Shown: positions 60,941 through 64,000 of the stretch, in pieces
Layout of the letters: each line of letters starts with the position of its first letter
How positions within the stretch are numbered: position 1 is the stretch's first letter
Assembly: GCF_009834535.1 (NCBI RefSeq)
Contig: NC_045696.1
Coordinates: forward strand, 4,280,001 to 4,344,000
DNA length: 64,000 bases
From: Camelus ferus
Lineage: Eukaryota
Reading direction: 5' to 3'
Notes under the pieces: generated by a model
Databases searched by the model: none
Told to the model about the DNA's origin: nothing
What the model saw: only the letters and a program-made list of their open reading frames with translations
Program-made: the position numbers and the translations under genes

Positions 60941-61449
60941 TGTTACTGAGCCCAAATTCGTTCTGCTCGCCGCACGGCAAGCCAATAAATCGGGAGACGG
61001 GGTGTTGGGGCAAGGAATAATGACTTTATTCGGAAAGCTGGCAGACCGAGAAGGTGGCAGACTAACATCCTGGAGAATCAACTTCCGCAAGCCTGAACCC
61101 AGGCTCATTTTATACAAAGAAGGGGAGGGGGCGTGGCTGTTTGCTGCAAGTTTCTTGATGTTGGAATCTTGTCCACATGGGCCAGGTCATGGTGTCCCTG
61201 TAAACCTCCAGCAAAACAAGTGTTATTTTTCTATGCTGCAACTTTTTTAATCGATATATGGATGGGAAAGTGTTCTTCCCTTAAAGGGCGGAGCCTTGAG
61301 GACGGGCTCTCCTGTCCATTTCAGGCTTCAGGCCACGTTCTGTTACAAAAGGTGCAGAACCAGCAGGACCCAGCACAGGAGGCCGAGCCCCGGGTTGGAG
61401 CCAAAGGAACAGACCTCACATGGAGTCAGGTTTGCTCTTCCCTGTTACA
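60941..61449 (-). mobile_element. ERV1-type solo LTR
   Basis: tgttac...gttaca termini, TSD TCTG/TTTG, minus-strand AATAAA (tttatt ~61025), TATA (ttttatac ~61107) and GC box. Confidence 0.88.
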
Positions 61450-63536
61450 TTTGCTGGTTTGCAAAAGCAAAGCCAGACATGGAAGGGGGGTTTTCTCATC
61501 TGTAGTTTTCTGGCTTTGGACAGGCCCGTATGTAAACGGTCACCTGTACATTTACCTGGCTTGTTTTCAAAGAGCTGCAAGATTGGATTCTGTGGTTGTC
61601 CCAGGGAGCTAACGTTAGATGCATGACACATATCCTTAGCAAAACGTTGGCCGTTGCTAGCCCTCTCTGGCTCTGGCCATCAGGAACTCAGCCTCCTAGG
61701 GAAATGAAAATAATTTAGTTAGTGATCTGGTGACCGATCTGGCTGATGACAAGAGTATTAGTTTGTAAAAGGCATATATTTGAGTTTTTAAAAATCATGA
61801 TTTGTGTTGTCATACAGAATATCTGGAAGTTACATGTGAAAAGCAAAGCAACTGGACATCAGTAGAGAAAGAGAAAGACACCAGGTCATTCATCTGACTC
61901 TCAGTCAATTTAAAGAGAAGTTCCAGCACCGTTCCGCATCTCACGCGTGTGTTTTGGCCCCATGGAGTTACGCCTGCCCCTCATTTACAGCGGGGGCCGG
62001 CCCAGGGCCCAGGTGCTGCGTGTCGTGCCAGCAGAGCTGGGGGCAGAGGGGCCAGAAGTACCAGCCTCCCTCATGGAGGCTGAGACCGGCGGCAGAGGGC
62101 TGCCCTCAAGGTGATGACGAGGAGCGCTCCTGTAAAACCAGACGCCTTCCTCTCCCTGAAGTTTCACCAGGGTCTCTCTAATAACTCACAGAGGCTTCCT
62201 TCTGGAGGCTCCAGCCTCGCTGGTCTGCCTCTGCTCCTCAGACACGGTGCTCACCCTCATTTATTCCTTCCTTCCACAGGTCGTACTGCCCTTCTCCTAG
62301 AAACACCTTCCCCACCTTGGACACTTGACCAGATCTAAACTTCAGCTCATGACGATGTTCTGAGGGATGTCCTTCTCGGTCACCTGTGCACTCCCCCCTG
62401 GCCTCCTGTGAGGCCCGTGCTCCCGTGGCACCCTGTGCCTGGCCCCATCCCAGCTCTCCTCATGCTGCCTGGGGCTGGACCTTCTCCACCCCAGGACGGA
62501 GGCTTTCGTAGGCGTTTCTATGTTTCCAGCTTCCGGCATGGGAATTCACACAGGGAAGGAAACTGGTGTTTGTTTCAGGGACGGATGGATGGATGAATGA
62601 ATAGCCCCAGAGCCCTAGCTGATACAAGTCTCTGGGTTGACGTGGGGAGTGAACGCTACAGCAGAGCTGCCCAGCGTCCGTGGTAGCCGGATGGTGGGGG
62701 CGCAGCCCAAGGGTTCCGTTCAGTTGTGCACTAATATATTCTGTGATAACATACAACTGTTGCAATGTGCAGACTCTCTCCCACGTGCCTAATGAATAAT
62801 AGCCATGAAATGCAGGTGTCCTTACGCGTCTGTCCTGACACCGGAGGGTAGGCGTGGATGAAGGAGAGGGGCCATAGAGGGCACTTTTGGAGATGCCTGC
62901 ACAGAGCTCATCCGGGGAGAGAAGCCCTGTAAGGAGAGGGGCTCAGCGCACACCTGCAGGTGGGAAGACAGTACAGACACACGTCTGGAGCCGCTTGTTG
63001 TGAGTCATGTCATAAAGACGACTTCTGCGGGAGAAACAAGGAGTCTTCCGGTCACAGAGGGAGAACGTGTGACGAAAGCGTTGAGGGACCCTCCAGGTCA
63101 GGGGTGATGCTGCTGCGCAGTCCTGGGTCTCAGAGTCTGACCTCTGTTAATATTTGGATTTGGGGGGTATCCCAAGGGTCTTTCTCCTCTTGCTTGAAAG
63201 CTCTCAAGAGGACAGTTTGAACTCTGTTATTCTTGTTAGAATTCCACCACCATTTCCCGGGGGCACGGGGACCCTGGTTAGAGCACAAAGGTAGCCTCTG
63301 ACACTGGGGTTGGATTTCCCGCCCGAGGCAGCAGGACGTGTAGAGCTTGGAGAGACGGTGGAGGAGGGAACTCAGTGGGAGGCTGAGGCTAAACATGTCT
63401 ATCAGTCTGCGGGGCATTCCTGCTTTGAAGGAACAGGTTCCCTAATGAGTAGCTGTTGTATCGTGTTGTATTGTATCATATCATATATCACATATACGTA
63501 CTTGTGGGGCAGCCAGTCATGGCGCATTGCACCCTT

Positions 63537-63554
63537 TGGCCACAAGGGGGCACA
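63537..63554 (+). promoter_or_regulatory. Strong CTCF-like motif
   Basis: TGGCCACAAGGGGGCACA versus consensus TGGCCACCAGGGGGCGCT. Confidence 0.55.
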
Positions 63555-63917
63555 ATGCCCAAGTTGAGGCAATCAGCGGCTGCCACTTCCTGGATACGGG
63601 GTGACTGCAAGGGGGTGGGCTCTTTACTGACGCTGAGACACTGGAATCCTTCCTGGGAATTTTCTAGACTGAAGGTTGAGGGTAGAGGAGTGTTAAATAG
63701 CTTTTTCCTCCTTTTGCTTCATGAACTGGAAGAATGTCAGTCTGGGGCCGTAGTGACAGTTGTCCTGCTGCGGGAAGAACGTTCGGTTGTGGACAGAGCC
63801 CTGGGGAGACGAGCAGGGATGAGGAAGGGGCGCTCATGCTGCGCGGAGTCCTGACCCTCGCTCCGCGCGCACAGTAACAGGGGTCTCTCCCTTACTCTGC
63901 CCTCCTCGAGGGTCGCC

Positions 63918-64000
63918 GGGTCAGGATGCTCCAGAGAAACAGACCAATCGATTAATTGATTGATGACTGGAATTGGTTCTCATAATTATGGAAACTGAAA
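63918..64000 (-). mobile_element. MLT2-like ERVL LTR, runs off window end
   Basis: gtcaggatgctccagagaaacagaccaat..ggaattggttctcataattatgga. Confidence 0.7.

Noticed and set aside
1..64000. CRISPR array, operon or prokaryotic-type system
   Set aside because: No regularly spaced repeats or gene-dense coding; the sequence is mammalian repeat-rich DNA throughout.

Overview
Mammalian, GC-rich, non-coding genomic DNA (intergenic or deep intronic). Four copies of a tRNA-Ala(AGC)-derived SINE with a ...AAACCTAATTACCTCCCCC-polyA tail look like the camelid Vic-1 SINE, so the source is probably alpaca, llama or camel. I can support no host protein-coding exon, real tRNA/rRNA gene or CRISPR array. The only recognisable protein-like sequences are fossil L1 ORF2 pieces and a fossil pogo/Tc2 (Kanga-like) transposase. 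Much of the window is interspersed repeat: MIR, L2, old and young L1 3' ends, MaLR (MLT1) LTRs, ERVL LTRs, nine ERV1-type solo LTRs, hAT/TcMar relics and microsatellites. Subfamily names are from recalled consensus sequences, not a database search, and most boundaries are approximate unless a TSD is quoted. The most notable structures are: (i) four TSD-bounded 5'-inverted (twin-primed) retro-insertions, one of them a ~115-bp SINE; (ii) two dense clusters of ERV1 solo LTRs, each around a repeat-poor, motif-rich segment, including an inverted same-family LTR pair and a head-to-head LTR pair; (iii) perfect regulatory motifs inside transposon relics (4-unit heat-shock element, RFX X-box, NRF1 site); (iv) divergently oriented CTCF-like sites. 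I did not find convincing evidence of a new multi-gene biological system.
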